This document shows, one piece after another, positions 1 to 10,119 of a stretch of DNA of 32,000 nucleotides. Origin of the DNA: an uncultured Bacilli bacterium (GTDB taxonomy: Bacteria > Bacillota_I > Bacilli_A > RF39 > UBA660). How positions within the stretch are numbered: the first letter of the stretch is position 1; each line of letters begins with the position of its first letter. The position numbers and the translations under genes were made by a program. The notes beneath the pieces were generated by a model that saw nothing but the letters and a program-made list of their open reading frames with translations, made no database searches and had not been told where the DNA came from. The stretch spans positions 90,842-122,841 of the forward strand of contig CAKOJQ010000001.1 in the NCBI GenBank assembly GCA_934090795.1, in the 5' to 3' direction.

Positions 1-838
1 TTAATGAAGATTTTGGATTATGTTTTTTAAAATTAGCATTTACTAACTTTTCATCAAAATTAGCATAACAGTACTTACAAAAATGTTTACAAGAGTTATA
101 AACTCCTATATCAACCATTTGGACACAGTTACATTTTCGTTCTTTGCGAGCTACCCAATTTTTATATTTTTTACCTGTTAATTTATAGGCAAGTTCATGG
201 GATAAACAATCTGCTTTTTTAAATCCATATTCAGTTAAATTGCGTTCTTCAAAGCAGGTTTGGACTGTCATGCTATTATTTCTAGCAATCTTGCTAAAAC
301 TTGTACCTATTTCTTTATAATCATTTTCTGTAAATTCTTTATATTTTAAAATATTATAATTTTTTCGAACATTTTTATAATCATCTATAAACGATACGAT
401 AATTTGCTTAACATATCCATTTAATAAAGAACACATCTTAGCAAAAGCTTTTTTATGATAATCAAGATTATATTTATCACTAATAAAAATAGGATCATAT
501 CTTACATATAGATTATCTATTCCTACTAAACTTGATAACTTTTTGATTGCGTTAATTATTTTATTTTTATCTATAACATTTGGTTCAATATCATTTTTAT
601 ATGGAGTTAAAGTAACTTGAAAAATAATTGGTTTATCTATTTCTTTTAAATGATTTAACATTGGCAATGGATTTTTAGTGCAAAAAAGAATTAAATCAAC
701 ATCTTTAAAATTTATTCTACTTACTAATTTAGGATTGAACGGATTTCTAACATCGACAAATCCAGCTTTATATCTATTCATAAACCACTCGGAATAAAAA
801 GCAACTATATCAGTTCTTCCACTAACATTTAAAATCAT
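1..838 (-). CDS. DUF1848-like protein, 3' end cut by the window edge
   Basis: My own minus-strand translation from the ATG at 838-836 gives MILNVSGRTDIVAFYSEWFMNRYKAGFVDVRNPFNP... and runs to ...CNCVQMVDIGVYNSCKHFCKYCYANFDEK. The frame is still open at position 1. The N-terminal RTDIxAFYSEWF block and the C-terminal Cys cluster match my memory of DUF1848. The start overlaps the stop of the upstream ORF (ATGA). The ORF is absent from the supplied track because it is open-ended. Confidence 0.6.
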   Translation of the reverse strand, partial: MILNVSGRTDIVAFYSEWFMNRYKAGFVDVRNPFNPKLVSRINFKDVDLILFCTKNPLPMLNHLKEIDKPIIFQVTLTPYKNDIEPNVIDKNKIINAIKKLSSLVGIDNLYVRYDPIFISDKYNLDYHKKAFAKMCSLLNGYVKQIIVSFIDDYKNVRKNYNILKYKEFTENDYKEIGTSFSKIARNNSMTVQTCFEERNLTEYGFKKADCLSHELAYKLTGKKYKNWVARKERKCNCVQMVDIGVYNSCKHFCKYCYANFDEKLVNANFKKHNPKSSL

Positions 839-1146
839 TTCATATCTTCTTTCATGTAATCGGTATAAAAAGCTATTTTTTTATTTAATTTATTAGCATA
901 ATCTATTTCTAATTTAGTACTATCTCCAATATAATTATTAACATTAACTACCATTATTTCATCAGATAATTCAATTTTTTTAAAATGTTCTTCTTTTAAT
1001 AACCTTAATAGATTTTCAGTTCTTTCATTATTGCTTACTGGATATACTGGTGTTAAAACACAATTACCTTTTAAAGCAAGTTTTTCAGCTACATCCATCA
1101 TTTCTTTTGGATATTTTAAGCTTCCACATATTGTGATTATTTTCAT
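835..1146 (-). CDS. Small conserved hypothetical protein, possibly nucleoside 2-deoxyribosyltransferase-like
   Basis: 103-aa ORF starting MKIITICGSLKY, with a later SDEIMVVNVNNYIGDSTKLEIDYA block. It is translationally coupled to the downstream DUF1848-like gene. The family assignment is from memory only. Confidence 0.45.
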   Translation of the reverse strand: MKIITICGSLKYPKEMMDVAEKLALKGNCVLTPVYPVSNNERTENLLRLLKEEHFKKIELSDEIMVVNVNNYIGDSTKLEIDYANKLNKKIAFYTDYMKEDMK

Positions 1147-1242
1147 AGATATCCTCCTAATAAGTTTTATGTTTTAATTATATAGTATCAAACAAATATT
1201 CGTCAATATAATTTTAAAAAATATTAAGATTTTTTCTTAATA

Positions 1243-1821
1243 TCATTTATCCTTTACAACATTACACTTTCCACCATGATCATTAAAATAATCTTCTATA
1301 TGAGCAATTATTTTATTAACATCTTCATAACTATCAATGTCAGTATGATTCATAATATAAGCGTCTCCACCACTATTTATTACCTGATAATTTTTATTGT
1401 ATTCTGCTTCATAAACATATTCCTCATTATTTAACTGGCAACTAATTTTAGTCCTGCCTACTATATCATAATCTTTTCTAGGATTATCAACCATAAAAAA
1501 TATAACAAATAAGAATATCAAAGCAATAAAAACAATAATCATTACACCTAAAACTTTTAATATTTTGATTGTAATTCCTGCTAACTTTTCCGTGTTACTT
1601 ATTTTCTCAACTATAACATTATTAATATCGTTATCTACTAGTTCATCAATACTTATATTAAATATTTTAGATATAATCTTTACTTGATTAATATCAGGAG
1701 TTGTATCACCTGTTTCCCATTTGGAAATTGTTTGTCTAGCAACACCTACTTTTTCAGCTAATTCTTCTTGTGATAAATTATTCTTTTTTCTTAATTCAGC
1801 TATTTTTTTACCTAAATTCAT
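1243..1821 (-). CDS. XRE-family HTH transcriptional regulator with a central transmembrane segment
   Basis: The N-terminus LSQEELAEKVGVARQTISKWETGDTTPDINQVKIISKIFNISIDEL is a classic Cro/C1 HTH_3 domain. It is followed by a hydrophobic stretch, ITIKILKVLGVMIIVFIALIFLFVIFFMV. Confidence 0.8.
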   Translation of the reverse strand: MNLGKKIAELRKKNNLSQEELAEKVGVARQTISKWETGDTTPDINQVKIISKIFNISIDELVDNDINNVIVEKISNTEKLAGITIKILKVLGVMIIVFIALIFLFVIFFMVDNPRKDYDIVGRTKISCQLNNEEYVYEAEYNKNYQVINSGGDAYIMNHTDIDSYEDVNKIIAHIEDYFNDHGGKCNVVKDK

Positions 1822-1914
1822 CTTTTTCTTCTCCTTTTCTTAAATCAAAGATAACATTTTATTAATTAAAACACTACCAGTTATAAGTGGAATATACGCA
1901 CTAATTATTAACAT

Positions 1915-2121
1915 TTAAGATAATTTATCAAAAATAACATATTTTTCTTTTAAACTTATATTACTTACTTTATATCCATATAATTCTAATTCTTTCTTAT
2001 AATTTAAAAAAGAATGATCTAATTTAAAATCTAAAATATCATTAATATCATCAAATGCTAAAGTATATTTATCTTTGTTATTCTCTTTTATATAATTCCA
2101 TAACTTATCATATTTACTCAT
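1915..2121 (-). CDS. Small hypothetical protein
   Basis: 68-aa ORF (MSKYDKLWNYIKENNKDKYTLAFDDINDIL...). I cannot assign a function. Confidence 0.5.
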   Translation of the reverse strand: MSKYDKLWNYIKENNKDKYTLAFDDINDILDFKLDHSFLNYKKELELYGYKVSNISLKEKYVIFDKLS

Positions 2122-2181
2122 TTTAGACTCCTATTATTATAAATAAAAATTCACAAATTTATGTGAACTATTTTTTATTAA

Positions 2182-2255
2182 TGGTGCTGGTTAACAGAAT
2201 TGAACTGTTCGCTGAAGCTTACCATGCTTCTGTATTGCCACTATACTAAACCAGC
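2182..2255 (-). tRNA. tRNA-Thr (anticodon GGT)
   Basis: The minus-strand sequence GCTGGTTTAGTATAGTGGCAATACAGAAGCATGGTAAGCTTCAGCGAACAGTTCAATTCTGTTAACCAGCACCA (74 nt) folds by hand as a cloverleaf. Acceptor stem GCTGGTT/AACCAGC, D stem GTAT/ATAC, anticodon stem GAAGC/GCTTC with loop ATGGTAA, T stem AACAG/CTGTT with loop TTCAATT, and an encoded CCA end. Confidence 0.85.
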
Positions 2256-2307
2256 AACTCCAAATATATTATAGAAAATATTTTAATTATCTACAACATA
2301 TTTAATT

Positions 2308-3339
2308 CTATTTTTTTATTTTATGTTTTTGAGCATAGTTAGAAAGATTTCTAAAGTTATCATCATAAGGATAACTATTTAAAGAATTTTGCATCCATAT
2401 TTGTGACCAAGGTATACCTTGACTATGCAATTTTGCTACTCTTTGAGGATTCCTAAAATATTTTCCTTCTAAGTCACTTAAGTCTACACATCCTTCTTCA
2501 TCGTATAACTTGCATTGTAAATCTCCTTCTAATTTATCACACATATAAGCAAACATAGATTCTTTTGTTAAATGTGAATCAAATTCTATAAATAATTTTT
2601 CGATTATTTCACCATCTAATATATCTTTTAATATAATATGTACTGCTTCATGCTCTTTTCTTTCTTTTTCTTTTTTTGAAATATCATTTTCATCATAATC
2701 ACCAATAACTGTTTCACCTAATTCATGGATTGCAAGCATAAAAATAACTTTCATTATATCTATATCGTACCCGTATTCACTTTTCATAGCGATAGCTAAC
2801 ATTTGAACACCATAAATATGTTCAGCAACACTTTCTAGTCTTTCTCTTTTAACACCACATTTTTTCCAACCGGTTCTAATAATATTTTTTAATTTATTAC
2901 ACAAGATATAATATTTTAAAACTTTTTCTTCTTTTAAATTATTATTTTTAGAATTAATATCACCAATTATTTTAGTAAAATCCTCTTGTAAACTTTTAGT
3001 CGTCTCATATAGTACGAAGTAATTATAATCGCAAACATCTTCAAATTCATCACCTGAACAAATACATACAGGGATTTCTTTACTTACTTTATTTCTAAAA
3101 GTACTAATTATATAGCTAGCGTATGGTGATAAATCAAATGTATCACTACGAAGTGGCATATAATTATCTGTAATTAATAAATCATATTTTTTATCACTAT
3201 TTTTTAATGTTCTAAAATATGCTAGTGCATCCATACAATTATTTAATCTAAATATATCCAAATCTTCAACTACTGCTTTTAAATCTCTAACTATATTTTT
3301 ATATTTATAATCATCATCTTCTACTATTAAAATATTCAT
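2308..3339 (-). CDS. Response-regulator receiver domain fused to an HD-domain (YfbR-like, HD_3) phosphohydrolase
   Basis: The N-terminus MNILIVEDDDYKY...YDLLITDNYMP looks like a receiver domain (REC). The C-terminal 200 aa carry ESVAEHIYGVQMLAIAM and HELGETVIGD blocks. A strong SD (AGGAGG) precedes the ATG. Confidence 0.7.
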   Translation of the reverse strand: MNILIVEDDDYKYKNIVRDLKAVVEDLDIFRLNNCMDALAYFRTLKNSDKKYDLLITDNYMPLRSDTFDLSPYASYIISTFRNKVSKEIPVCICSGDEFEDVCDYNYFVLYETTKSLQEDFTKIIGDINSKNNNLKEEKVLKYYILCNKLKNIIRTGWKKCGVKRERLESVAEHIYGVQMLAIAMKSEYGYDIDIMKVIFMLAIHELGETVIGDYDENDISKKEKERKEHEAVHIILKDILDGEIIEKLFIEFDSHLTKESMFAYMCDKLEGDLQCKLYDEEGCVDLSDLEGKYFRNPQRVAKLHSQGIPWSQIWMQNSLNSYPYDDNFRNLSNYAQKHKIKK

Positions 3340-3367
3340 AATAAATACCTCCTATTTTAATAAATTT

Positions 3368-3388
3368 GTGGTTCCAAATTGGAACCGC
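3368..3388. repeat. Palindromic intergenic hairpin, copy 1
   Basis: GTGGTTCCAAATTGGAACCGC contains the perfect palindrome GGTTCCAA-A-TTGGAACC. It is 17/21 identical to the element at 5379-5399. Confidence 0.5.
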
Positions 3389-3391
3389 ATT

Positions 3392-4030
3392 TTATTTTCT
3401 TAATTTATGAGTTATTGCATAATTAGAAATACTTCTAAAATTATCATCGTATGGATAGATCTGTTGCCCAAATTTTAACCACATTTCTGACCAAGATGCA
3501 CCTGATGCAAGTAAATCATGAACTATTTTATTATTTAATGTGTTATTACCATCTTGCTTATTTAAATCTACACATCCTTCTTCGTCGTATAATTTACATT
3601 GTAAATCACATTCTAATTTATCACACATATAAGCAAACATAGCTTCTTTTGTTCTATGTGAATCAAATTCTAGAAATAAATTTTCAATTTCTTTTCCATC
3701 AAGTATTCCATCTAATATTTTAGAAACGGCTTCATGCTCTATTATTTCTTTTTCTTCTTTAGATATATCAAACTGAGTTAAATCACCTATAACTGTTTCG
3801 CCTAATTCATGAACAGCTAACATTAAAATAACTTTCATTATATCAATATCATAACTATATTCACTTTTGATGGCAATCGCTAACATTTGAACGCCATATA
3901 CATGTTCAGCAACACTTTCTAGTCTTTCTCTTTTAACATTCCATGTTTTCCAACCAGTTCTAATAACATCTTTTAATTTATTACATATAACATAGTAATT
4001 TAGAACTCTTTCTTCTTTATTTGTTTGCAT
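3392..4030 (-). CDS. HD-domain (YfbR-like, HD_3) phosphohydrolase, stand-alone paralog
   Basis: 212 aa, roughly three-quarters identical by eye to the C-terminal part of the 2308-3339 product. Both share RTGWK, ESVAEH.YGVQMLAIA, HELGETVIGD and FAYMCDKLE.DLQCKLYDEEGCVDL. Confidence 0.75.
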   Translation of the reverse strand: MQTNKEERVLNYYVICNKLKDVIRTGWKTWNVKRERLESVAEHVYGVQMLAIAIKSEYSYDIDIMKVILMLAVHELGETVIGDLTQFDISKEEKEIIEHEAVSKILDGILDGKEIENLFLEFDSHRTKEAMFAYMCDKLECDLQCKLYDEEGCVDLNKQDGNNTLNNKIVHDLLASGASWSEMWLKFGQQIYPYDDNFRSISNYAITHKLRK

Positions 4031-4090
4031 TAAATATTCTCCTTCTAAATCTTATGTATTATATTACTATAAATAGTTAATTTATTCAAT

Positions 4091-5254
4091 TTATTTATTA
4101 ATTGTTTTTAATTTCAAATTTTTTGCCATTTCAGGGTTAATTTCATATATTTTAAGTAAATCATTTATATTATTTTTACCTTTATATAATAATTCATAAT
4201 TTCTATCAAAAATTATTGTAAACTCTTCAGTAGCAGTAACAAAAAAATCTGAAAAAACTTTTACAGGATAAATTCCATTATCAACATAAACATATTTTGT
4301 TAAATCATCAGTAAAAACATATAATTTATTACGTAAATTTTCATCACAATCATTAATCTTTAAATAGTTATATTCAATTTTATCATCTAAATCATAATAT
4401 CCCAAATATATTTTTTCACTTTCATCATAAATCTCAATTTTATTATTATCATATATACAAAATATATTTTCTTTTAAATAACCATTTGACGAATCAAAAA
4501 TAGCTCTATGATTAATCAAAAAAACATCATTATGTTGTTCTATACCTTTGCAATAATTTTTTTGTTCTAACTTATATCGATATTTATTTAGAACATATTC
4601 TTCAACATCTTTATCATAATAATTATCACAGGAAATATATTTCCCACTTAAAGAATCATATAAAGATATATACGTTTTTTGTATATATAACTTATGATTT
4701 ACTCTATCCCTATTTACAAAAGGAGGTGATTCAAAATTCGATTTTTCTTTTAATACCAAAACATTTTTTATTATTTCATAATCAGTAAAATTACGTTTAA
4801 TAAATATATTTTTATTTTTATCATAAAAACCTATTATATTTGATGGCTTTTCATAACTATATAAAATAAACACATTTGGCATTACTTCTTTATAAATAGG
4901 CATTATTTCTCTATTATTATCTATAATTACTGTTTCTATTTTCATATTTTGACTAACCCAAGGATCATAAACAAGAGATGAAGTTCCATTTAGTTTAATC
5001 ATATTATCTTTTATTTCAATACTATCATAATTTAAATCAATAAAATCATTAGTTAATGAATTATATATTCCGTAAACTTCTTTATTATTTTTATTACCTT
5101 TTAATAAGTAGACTCCTTCTAAAATCTCGCTAATTTCAGCAATCGGTAATAATTGTCTACTTTCATACATACATGGAATAATAACTTTATTAGTTATCAA
5201 ATCTTTTATTCCGTACCCTTTGTCTAAATTTCTTATTAATTCTAATTTTTTCAT
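4091..5254 (-). CDS. Hypothetical protein with WG-repeat-like beta-repeats
   Basis: Long ORF. I prefer the ATG at 5254 (MKKLELIRNLDKGYG...) because AAGGAAA lies 7 nt upstream, while the track start at 5323 has no SD. It has repeated xYGhxD-type segments such as GYGIKDLITNKVIIPCMYE and IIGFYDKNKNIFI. Confidence 0.55.
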   Translation of the reverse strand: MKKLELIRNLDKGYGIKDLITNKVIIPCMYESRQLLPIAEISEILEGVYLLKGNKNNKEVYGIYNSLTNDFIDLNYDSIEIKDNMIKLNGTSSLVYDPWVSQNMKIETVIIDNNREIMPIYKEVMPNVFILYSYEKPSNIIGFYDKNKNIFIKRNFTDYEIIKNVLVLKEKSNFESPPFVNRDRVNHKLYIQKTYISLYDSLSGKYISCDNYYDKDVEEYVLNKYRYKLEQKNYCKGIEQHNDVFLINHRAIFDSSNGYLKENIFCIYDNNKIEIYDESEKIYLGYYDLDDKIEYNYLKINDCDENLRNKLYVFTDDLTKYVYVDNGIYPVKVFSDFFVTATEEFTIIFDRNYELLYKGKNNINDLLKIYEINPEMAKNLKLKTINK

Positions 5255-5378
5255 ATTATTTTCCTTGTTAAAAAGTATTATAAAATTTAAATATTTAATT
5301 GTCAACATAATCAATTTTATCATTTATAATTGTATTATTTGTTCAGTAAAAACATATGGTAAAAATCTTTTTTATTTT

Positions 5379-5399
5379 GCGGTCTCAAATTGGGACCGC
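5379..5399. repeat. Palindromic intergenic hairpin, copy 2
   Basis: GCGGTCTCAAATTGGGACCGC forms a 9-bp stem including one G-U pair. It is 17/21 identical to 3368-3388. Confidence 0.5.
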
Positions 5400-5423
5400 A
5401 GATTTTAATTAATCTAATAAATT

Positions 5424-5449
5424 TAAAAAAACTCATGGTTAACCCATGA
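5424..5449 (-). terminator. Rho-independent terminator of the rimP-truB operon
   Basis: In minus sense the hairpin TCATGG-GTTAA-CCATGA is followed by GTTTTTTTAAATTT, a few nt after the truB stop. Confidence 0.6.
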
Positions 5450-5454
5450 ATCTT

Positions 5455-6294
5455 TTAAAACATTATTAATGGTTTAATTTTATCATCAAATGGTTCATAT
5501 AATGCGATATCTTCATCTTCATAAGTAAACAAAATATATTTGTTTGTTTTCATATTCATCACATTGCCATTTTTAATATGCTTATAATCTTCCTCATTAT
5601 CAATTTTCTTAGTAACAACATCTAAAAAATCAGTTAATTTTAATAATTTATAATTATCATTTTCAATATCATCCAAAGTATATACTTCATCGATATTAAA
5701 ATTACCAAGTGTTGTTCTAACTAAACTAGTCATTGTAGCATATGTTCCTAAAAATGCACCTATATCTCTAATTAGAGACCTAATATAAGTTCCTTTTGAT
5801 ACCTTACATTTAATAGTAATAATATCATCTTTAATATTTATAAGTTCAATATCATAAATATTTACTATTTTACTAGGTAGCTTAACATCAATATTGTTTC
5901 TTGCATATTCATATAACTTTTTACCATTAACCTTTACAGCGCTATAAATAGGAACTTCTTGATTATACGTTCCTTTAAAATGATTTAAAGCATTAATTAT
6001 TTCATCTTTACTAAAGTCTTTTTTGCCTTCTTTTAAAGCATTTCCTGTAATATCAAAAGTATCAGTTAAAATACCTAATTTAAAAGATGCAATATATTCT
6101 TTGTTATGCTCTACTAAAACATTAGCAAGCTTAGTGTATTTTCCTATTAAACAAACAAGTACTCCCTCCGCTAAGGGATCGAGAGTACCTATATGTCCAA
6201 CACTTTTAGTATTAAATTTACGACAAACCTTATTTACAACATCTCTTGATGTCATACCTTTTGGTTTATTTACAACTAGCAAACCATTATTCAT
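5455..6294 (-). CDS. truB: tRNA pseudouridine(55) synthase
   Basis: Contains LVVNKPKGMTSRDVV and GHIGTLDPLAEGVL motifs. I prefer the ATG at 6294 (MNNGLLVV...) over the TTG at 6318. It is the last gene of the rimP-nusA-infB-rbfA-truB order. Confidence 0.9.
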   Translation of the reverse strand: MNNGLLVVNKPKGMTSRDVVNKVCRKFNTKSVGHIGTLDPLAEGVLVCLIGKYTKLANVLVEHNKEYIASFKLGILTDTFDITGNALKEGKKDFSKDEIINALNHFKGTYNQEVPIYSAVKVNGKKLYEYARNNIDVKLPSKIVNIYDIELINIKDDIITIKCKVSKGTYIRSLIRDIGAFLGTYATMTSLVRTTLGNFNIDEVYTLDDIENDNYKLLKLTDFLDVVTKKIDNEEDYKHIKNGNVMNMKTNKYILFTYEDEDIALYEPFDDKIKPLIMF

Positions 6295-6637
6295 TTGCTT
6301 CAGCGTGAATCTCCTCAATTATTTCATCAATATGTTCTCCATACTCAGTAGATTCATCATAAACAAATCTAATTTCAGGAGTATTTCTTATATCAATTCT
6401 TTTAGCAAGTTCAGTTCTTAAAAATGAAGATGCATTGGTTAATTCTGCTTGAACTTCTTGTTTTTCATAATCTCCATAAAAAGTATAGAAAACTTTACAC
6501 ATTGATAAATCATTAGTAACTCTAACTTCAGTAATAGTTACACTTTTAATTATCTCATTATGAACTTCTTCATAAATTATACTTGATAATTCTCTTAAAA
6601 TTGAAGATGCAATTCTTTCTAATTTAATTTTACTCAT
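6287..6637 (-). CDS. rbfA: Ribosome-binding factor A
   Basis: 116 aa with an RbfA-like N-terminus ([14 protein letters not shown]) and the conserved position between infB and truB. Its start overlaps the infB stop (ATGA). Confidence 0.85.
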   Translation of the reverse strand: MSKIKLERIASSILRELSSIIYEEVHNEIIKSVTITEVRVTNDLSMCKVFYTFYGDYEKQEVQAELTNASSFLRTELAKRIDIRNTPEIRFVYDESTEYGEHIDEIIEEIHAEANE

Positions 6638-8736
6638 TTTCTTTTTACCTCAATCATTTCATATGTTTCAAAACAATCTCCTTCTTTTAAATCATTAAAG
6701 TTTTCGATTGTAATACCACATTCATAACCACTTTTAACTTCTTTAACAGTATCTTTTTCTCTTTGAACTGATGAAATTGTGCCATCATAAATTATTACAC
6801 CATCACGAATAACTCTTACTTTAGATTTATTCTTAATAACACCATTAGTTACAATACATCCCGCAATTGTACCAACTTTACTAAATTTAAATAATTTTTT
6901 GATTTCAGCGTTGCCAATAGTTTTTTCTTCGTATTCAGGCTCTAACATACCTTTCATGGCTGATTCCATTTCTTCAACTAATTTATAGATAATTTGATAT
7001 AATCTTATTTCAACATCATATCTCTTAGCAACTTCTTTAGTAATAGCAGATGGAACTACGTTAAAACCTATAACAATAGCATTAGATGCATTAGCAAGAA
7101 CTATATCACTTTCAGTAATTGTTCCTATTCCACTTCTAATTACTTTAATTTTAACGCCTTCAACATCAATTTTTTCTAAAGAGTTTTTAACTGCTTCTTC
7201 AGAACCTCTTACATCGCATTTTAAGACAACATTAATTTCTTTAACACCTGATTTAATCTTATTAAATAAATCATCAAAGCTAATTACTTCTTTTTTATTA
7301 TTTTTATTTTTAAAGGCAATTTCTCTTGCTTCAGCAATTTCCCTTGCTTGTTTTTCTGATTCAAAAGCCATGAATTTATCACCAGCTGATGGATTGCTTG
7401 CAAGACCAGTTATTTCAACAGGAGTACTTGGTCCAGCAGTTAAAATATTTTCACCCTTGTCATTACGAAGAGTTCTTACACGTCCATGAGTAGTACCTAC
7501 AACAATTGGATCACCTAGTCTTAAAGTACCATTTTGGATTAATAGGCTAGCAACTCCACCCATGTTTTTATCAATTCTTGATTCAATAACAGTACCAATT
7601 GCATATCTATTTGGATTTGCTTTAAGTTCACTTACCTCAGCAATAGCAATAACTGTTTCAAGTAGTTTATCAACACCCATACCAGTTTTAGCAGAAATAT
7701 TTACAAAAGGAACAGTTCCACCCCATGCTTCAGGAGTAATATTTAAAGCAGCCATTTCTTCCATAATTCTTTCTGGGTTAGCATCTGGTTTATCCATTTT
7801 ATTAACAGCAACTACAATAGGTACATTTGCAGATAAAGCATGATCTACTGCTTCTTTAGTTTGAGGCATAACCCCATCATCAGCAGCAACAACAATAATT
7901 ACGATATCAGTAATACTTGCTCCTCTTGCTCTCATTTCAGTAAATGCGGCATGTCCTGGAGTATCAATAAATGTTATTTTACTTCCGTTATAATCAATTT
8001 GATAAGCACCAATAGCTTGAGTTATACCACCTGCTTCTCCTTCAGCAACATTACTTGATCTAATGTAGTCTAAAAGAGTTGTTTTACCATGGTCAACATG
8101 TCCCATAACAGTTATTACAGGAGGTCTATTAATTAAATCATCCGGATTATCAATAATTTCATATTCTTCAAAGTTAGTAATATCTCTTGTTTCTTCTCTT
8201 TTTAATGTCATTCCATAGTCAAGAGCTAAAATTTCAGCTGTTTCAAAATCAATACTTTGATTTAAATTAAGCATTGTTCCTAAACTCATTAATTTCATAA
8301 TAATTTCATTATTACTCTTACCTAATTTAGCAGCAATATCTGCAACTGTATCTCCTTCTTTATAAAGAATAATATTCTCATCTTTCTTATTACTTTCTAA
8401 TTTAGATTTATTTTTATACATATCTTTCTTTTTATTTAAATATTCTAAATTATCTTTATTAACTTTATTATTCTTTTTCTTTAATTTTTGATTTTTTTCA
8501 CTATATTCATGATTATCTCCAAGTAATTCATCAACCGCATCATCTAAAGCATCAATTTCTTCAAATGAAGCATCACTGTCAGTACTAATTAAATTCATTG
8601 AGTTATCAAGCATAATAATTGCATCATCATCTAACATAAAGTTTCCATCTGTTGCTTTATAGCCTAAATCACGACATTTATTAAGTACTTCTTGGACTGT
8701 AAATCCCATTTCACTAGCATATTCTTTTATAGTCAT
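6634..8736 (-). CDS. infB: Translation initiation factor IF-2
   Basis: 700 aa with GTPase motifs [19 protein letters not shown] and NKMD, plus the IF-2 C-terminal domains. Confidence 0.97.
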   Translation of the reverse strand: MTIKEYASEMGFTVQEVLNKCRDLGYKATDGNFMLDDDAIIMLDNSMNLISTDSDASFEEIDALDDAVDELLGDNHEYSEKNQKLKKKNNKVNKDNLEYLNKKKDMYKNKSKLESNKKDENIILYKEGDTVADIAAKLGKSNNEIIMKLMSLGTMLNLNQSIDFETAEILALDYGMTLKREETRDITNFEEYEIIDNPDDLINRPPVITVMGHVDHGKTTLLDYIRSSNVAEGEAGGITQAIGAYQIDYNGSKITFIDTPGHAAFTEMRARGASITDIVIIVVAADDGVMPQTKEAVDHALSANVPIVVAVNKMDKPDANPERIMEEMAALNITPEAWGGTVPFVNISAKTGMGVDKLLETVIAIAEVSELKANPNRYAIGTVIESRIDKNMGGVASLLIQNGTLRLGDPIVVGTTHGRVRTLRNDKGENILTAGPSTPVEITGLASNPSAGDKFMAFESEKQAREIAEAREIAFKNKNNKKEVISFDDLFNKIKSGVKEINVVLKCDVRGSEEAVKNSLEKIDVEGVKIKVIRSGIGTITESDIVLANASNAIVIGFNVVPSAITKEVAKRYDVEIRLYQIIYKLVEEMESAMKGMLEPEYEEKTIGNAEIKKLFKFSKVGTIAGCIVTNGVIKNKSKVRVIRDGVIIYDGTISSVQREKDTVKEVKSGYECGITIENFNDLKEGDCFETYEMIEVKRK

Positions 8737-8754
8737 ATAAGTATCATTCCTTTC

Positions 8755-9009
8755 TTATACTAATTCTTTTAAATTCTCGTATACATCATCACTTACATCC
8801 ATATTAAAAATATGGTTTAAAACTTTTTTCTTTCTTGCTTCTTCAATAATTTCTTTATCTTTTTTTAAATAGCATCCTTTACCATTTAATTTACCAGTTA
8901 AATCACCAACTATCTTATTATCACTTATAACAATTCTAAGTAGTTCTTTCTTAGGTAATTTCTCATGAGTAAGAACACACATACGCATTGGTACTTTCTT
9001 AGTTTTCAT
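8755..9009 (-). CDS. ylxR: YlxR/RnpM family (DUF448) RNA-binding protein
   Basis: KKVPMRMCVLTHEKLPKKELLRIV is the DUF448 signature. It sits between nusA and infB. I prefer the ATG at 9009. Confidence 0.8.
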   Translation of the reverse strand: MKTKKVPMRMCVLTHEKLPKKELLRIVISDNKIVGDLTGKLNGKGCYLKKDKEIIEEARKKKVLNHIFNMDVSDDVYENLKELV

Positions 9010-10117
9010 TTCCCTCAGCATTAACTTGGTCTAATGTTTTAACATTTATACGATATTTTGTTAATCTACTAGCAAGTTTAATATTTATACCTTTCTTACC
9101 AATAGCAAGAGATAAGTTTTCATTATTAACAATGGCAAGTGCTTCTCTATTTTTAGTGTTGTCTATAATGTTTACGATCACATCTTTAGCTGGACTAAGT
9201 GCATTAGCAATAAATGTTGCATCATCTTCATCATATTTAATTAAATCTACTTTTTCACCATTTAATTCTTTTAAGATATTAGCAATACGAGTTCCTTTTT
9301 CACCAATACATGTTCCAATAGCATCGATATTATTAACGGTACTATAAACAGCAACTTTACTTCTAACACCAGCTTCTCTAGCAACATTATATAAAACCAA
9401 AGTTCCATCAGCAAATTCTGGAATTTCCACCTCAAATAATCTTTTAACAAAATTAGTATTTTTTCTTGAACAAAGGATAAGTGGTCCTTTAGTACTTTCT
9501 TCTACTTTTGTTAAATATACTCTAATTGAAGAACCCATCTTAACTGTTTCTCCAGGAATCATTTCACTTTTTGGTAACACTCCTCTAGCACGTCCTAAAT
9601 CAATATAATAGTTTTTATTATCTTCCATAGCAAGCATACCAACCATTATTTCATCTTGTTTTCCAATGTATTCATTAACAATTGAAGTACGTTCTGCTTC
9701 TCTAATTTTTTGAGTTAACACTTGTTTAGCCGTAGAAACTGCAACCCTTCCAAAATCTTTAGGAGTAACTTCTTGTTTAATTGTTTCTCCAACTTGTGCA
9801 TCTGGATCAATTTTCTTAGCATCTTCTAGAAGCATTTGAGCATCTTCAGGAATTTCAGGTTCTCCATAAGTAATATTTCCTTCTTCATCAACAATTTCTG
9901 GTCCATCAATATAATCATCTACTACTACATAATATGTATAAACTTTAATATCACCGGTTTCTTTATTGATTTCTACTTTAACATTACTTTTAGAATGAAA
10001 ATTCTTTTTATAAGCTGTAATTAATGCTTGTTCCATACTTGCAAAAATATAATCTTCATCAATAACTAAATCTTTTGCCATATTTTTTAAGGCTTTAATA
10101 AATTCTTTTCCGTCCAT
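8999..10117 (-). CDS. nusA: Transcription termination/antitermination factor NusA
   Basis: 372 aa with NusA N-terminal, S1 and two KH regions (IGTCIGEKGTRI, LAIGKKGINIKLASRLT). Confidence 0.95.
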   Translation of the reverse strand: MDGKEFIKALKNMAKDLVIDEDYIFASMEQALITAYKKNFHSKSNVKVEINKETGDIKVYTYYVVVDDYIDGPEIVDEEGNITYGEPEIPEDAQMLLEDAKKIDPDAQVGETIKQEVTPKDFGRVAVSTAKQVLTQKIREAERTSIVNEYIGKQDEIMVGMLAMEDNKNYYIDLGRARGVLPKSEMIPGETVKMGSSIRVYLTKVEESTKGPLILCSRKNTNFVKRLFEVEIPEFADGTLVLYNVAREAGVRSKVAVYSTVNNIDAIGTCIGEKGTRIANILKELNGEKVDLIKYDEDDATFIANALSPAKDVIVNIIDNTKNREALAIVNNENLSLAIGKKGINIKLASRLTKYRINVKTLDQVNAEGNEN

Positions 10118-10119
10118 AA

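Noticed and set aside
3451-10024. Other plus-strand track ORFs (3451-3642, 5220-5408, 6023-6421, 7562-7843, 7840-8058, 9132-9347, 9836-10024)
   Set aside because: Each is embedded antisense in a strongly supported minus-strand gene (HD gene, truB/rbfA, infB, nusA) or spans an intergenic hairpin. None has a recognisable motif or translation signal.
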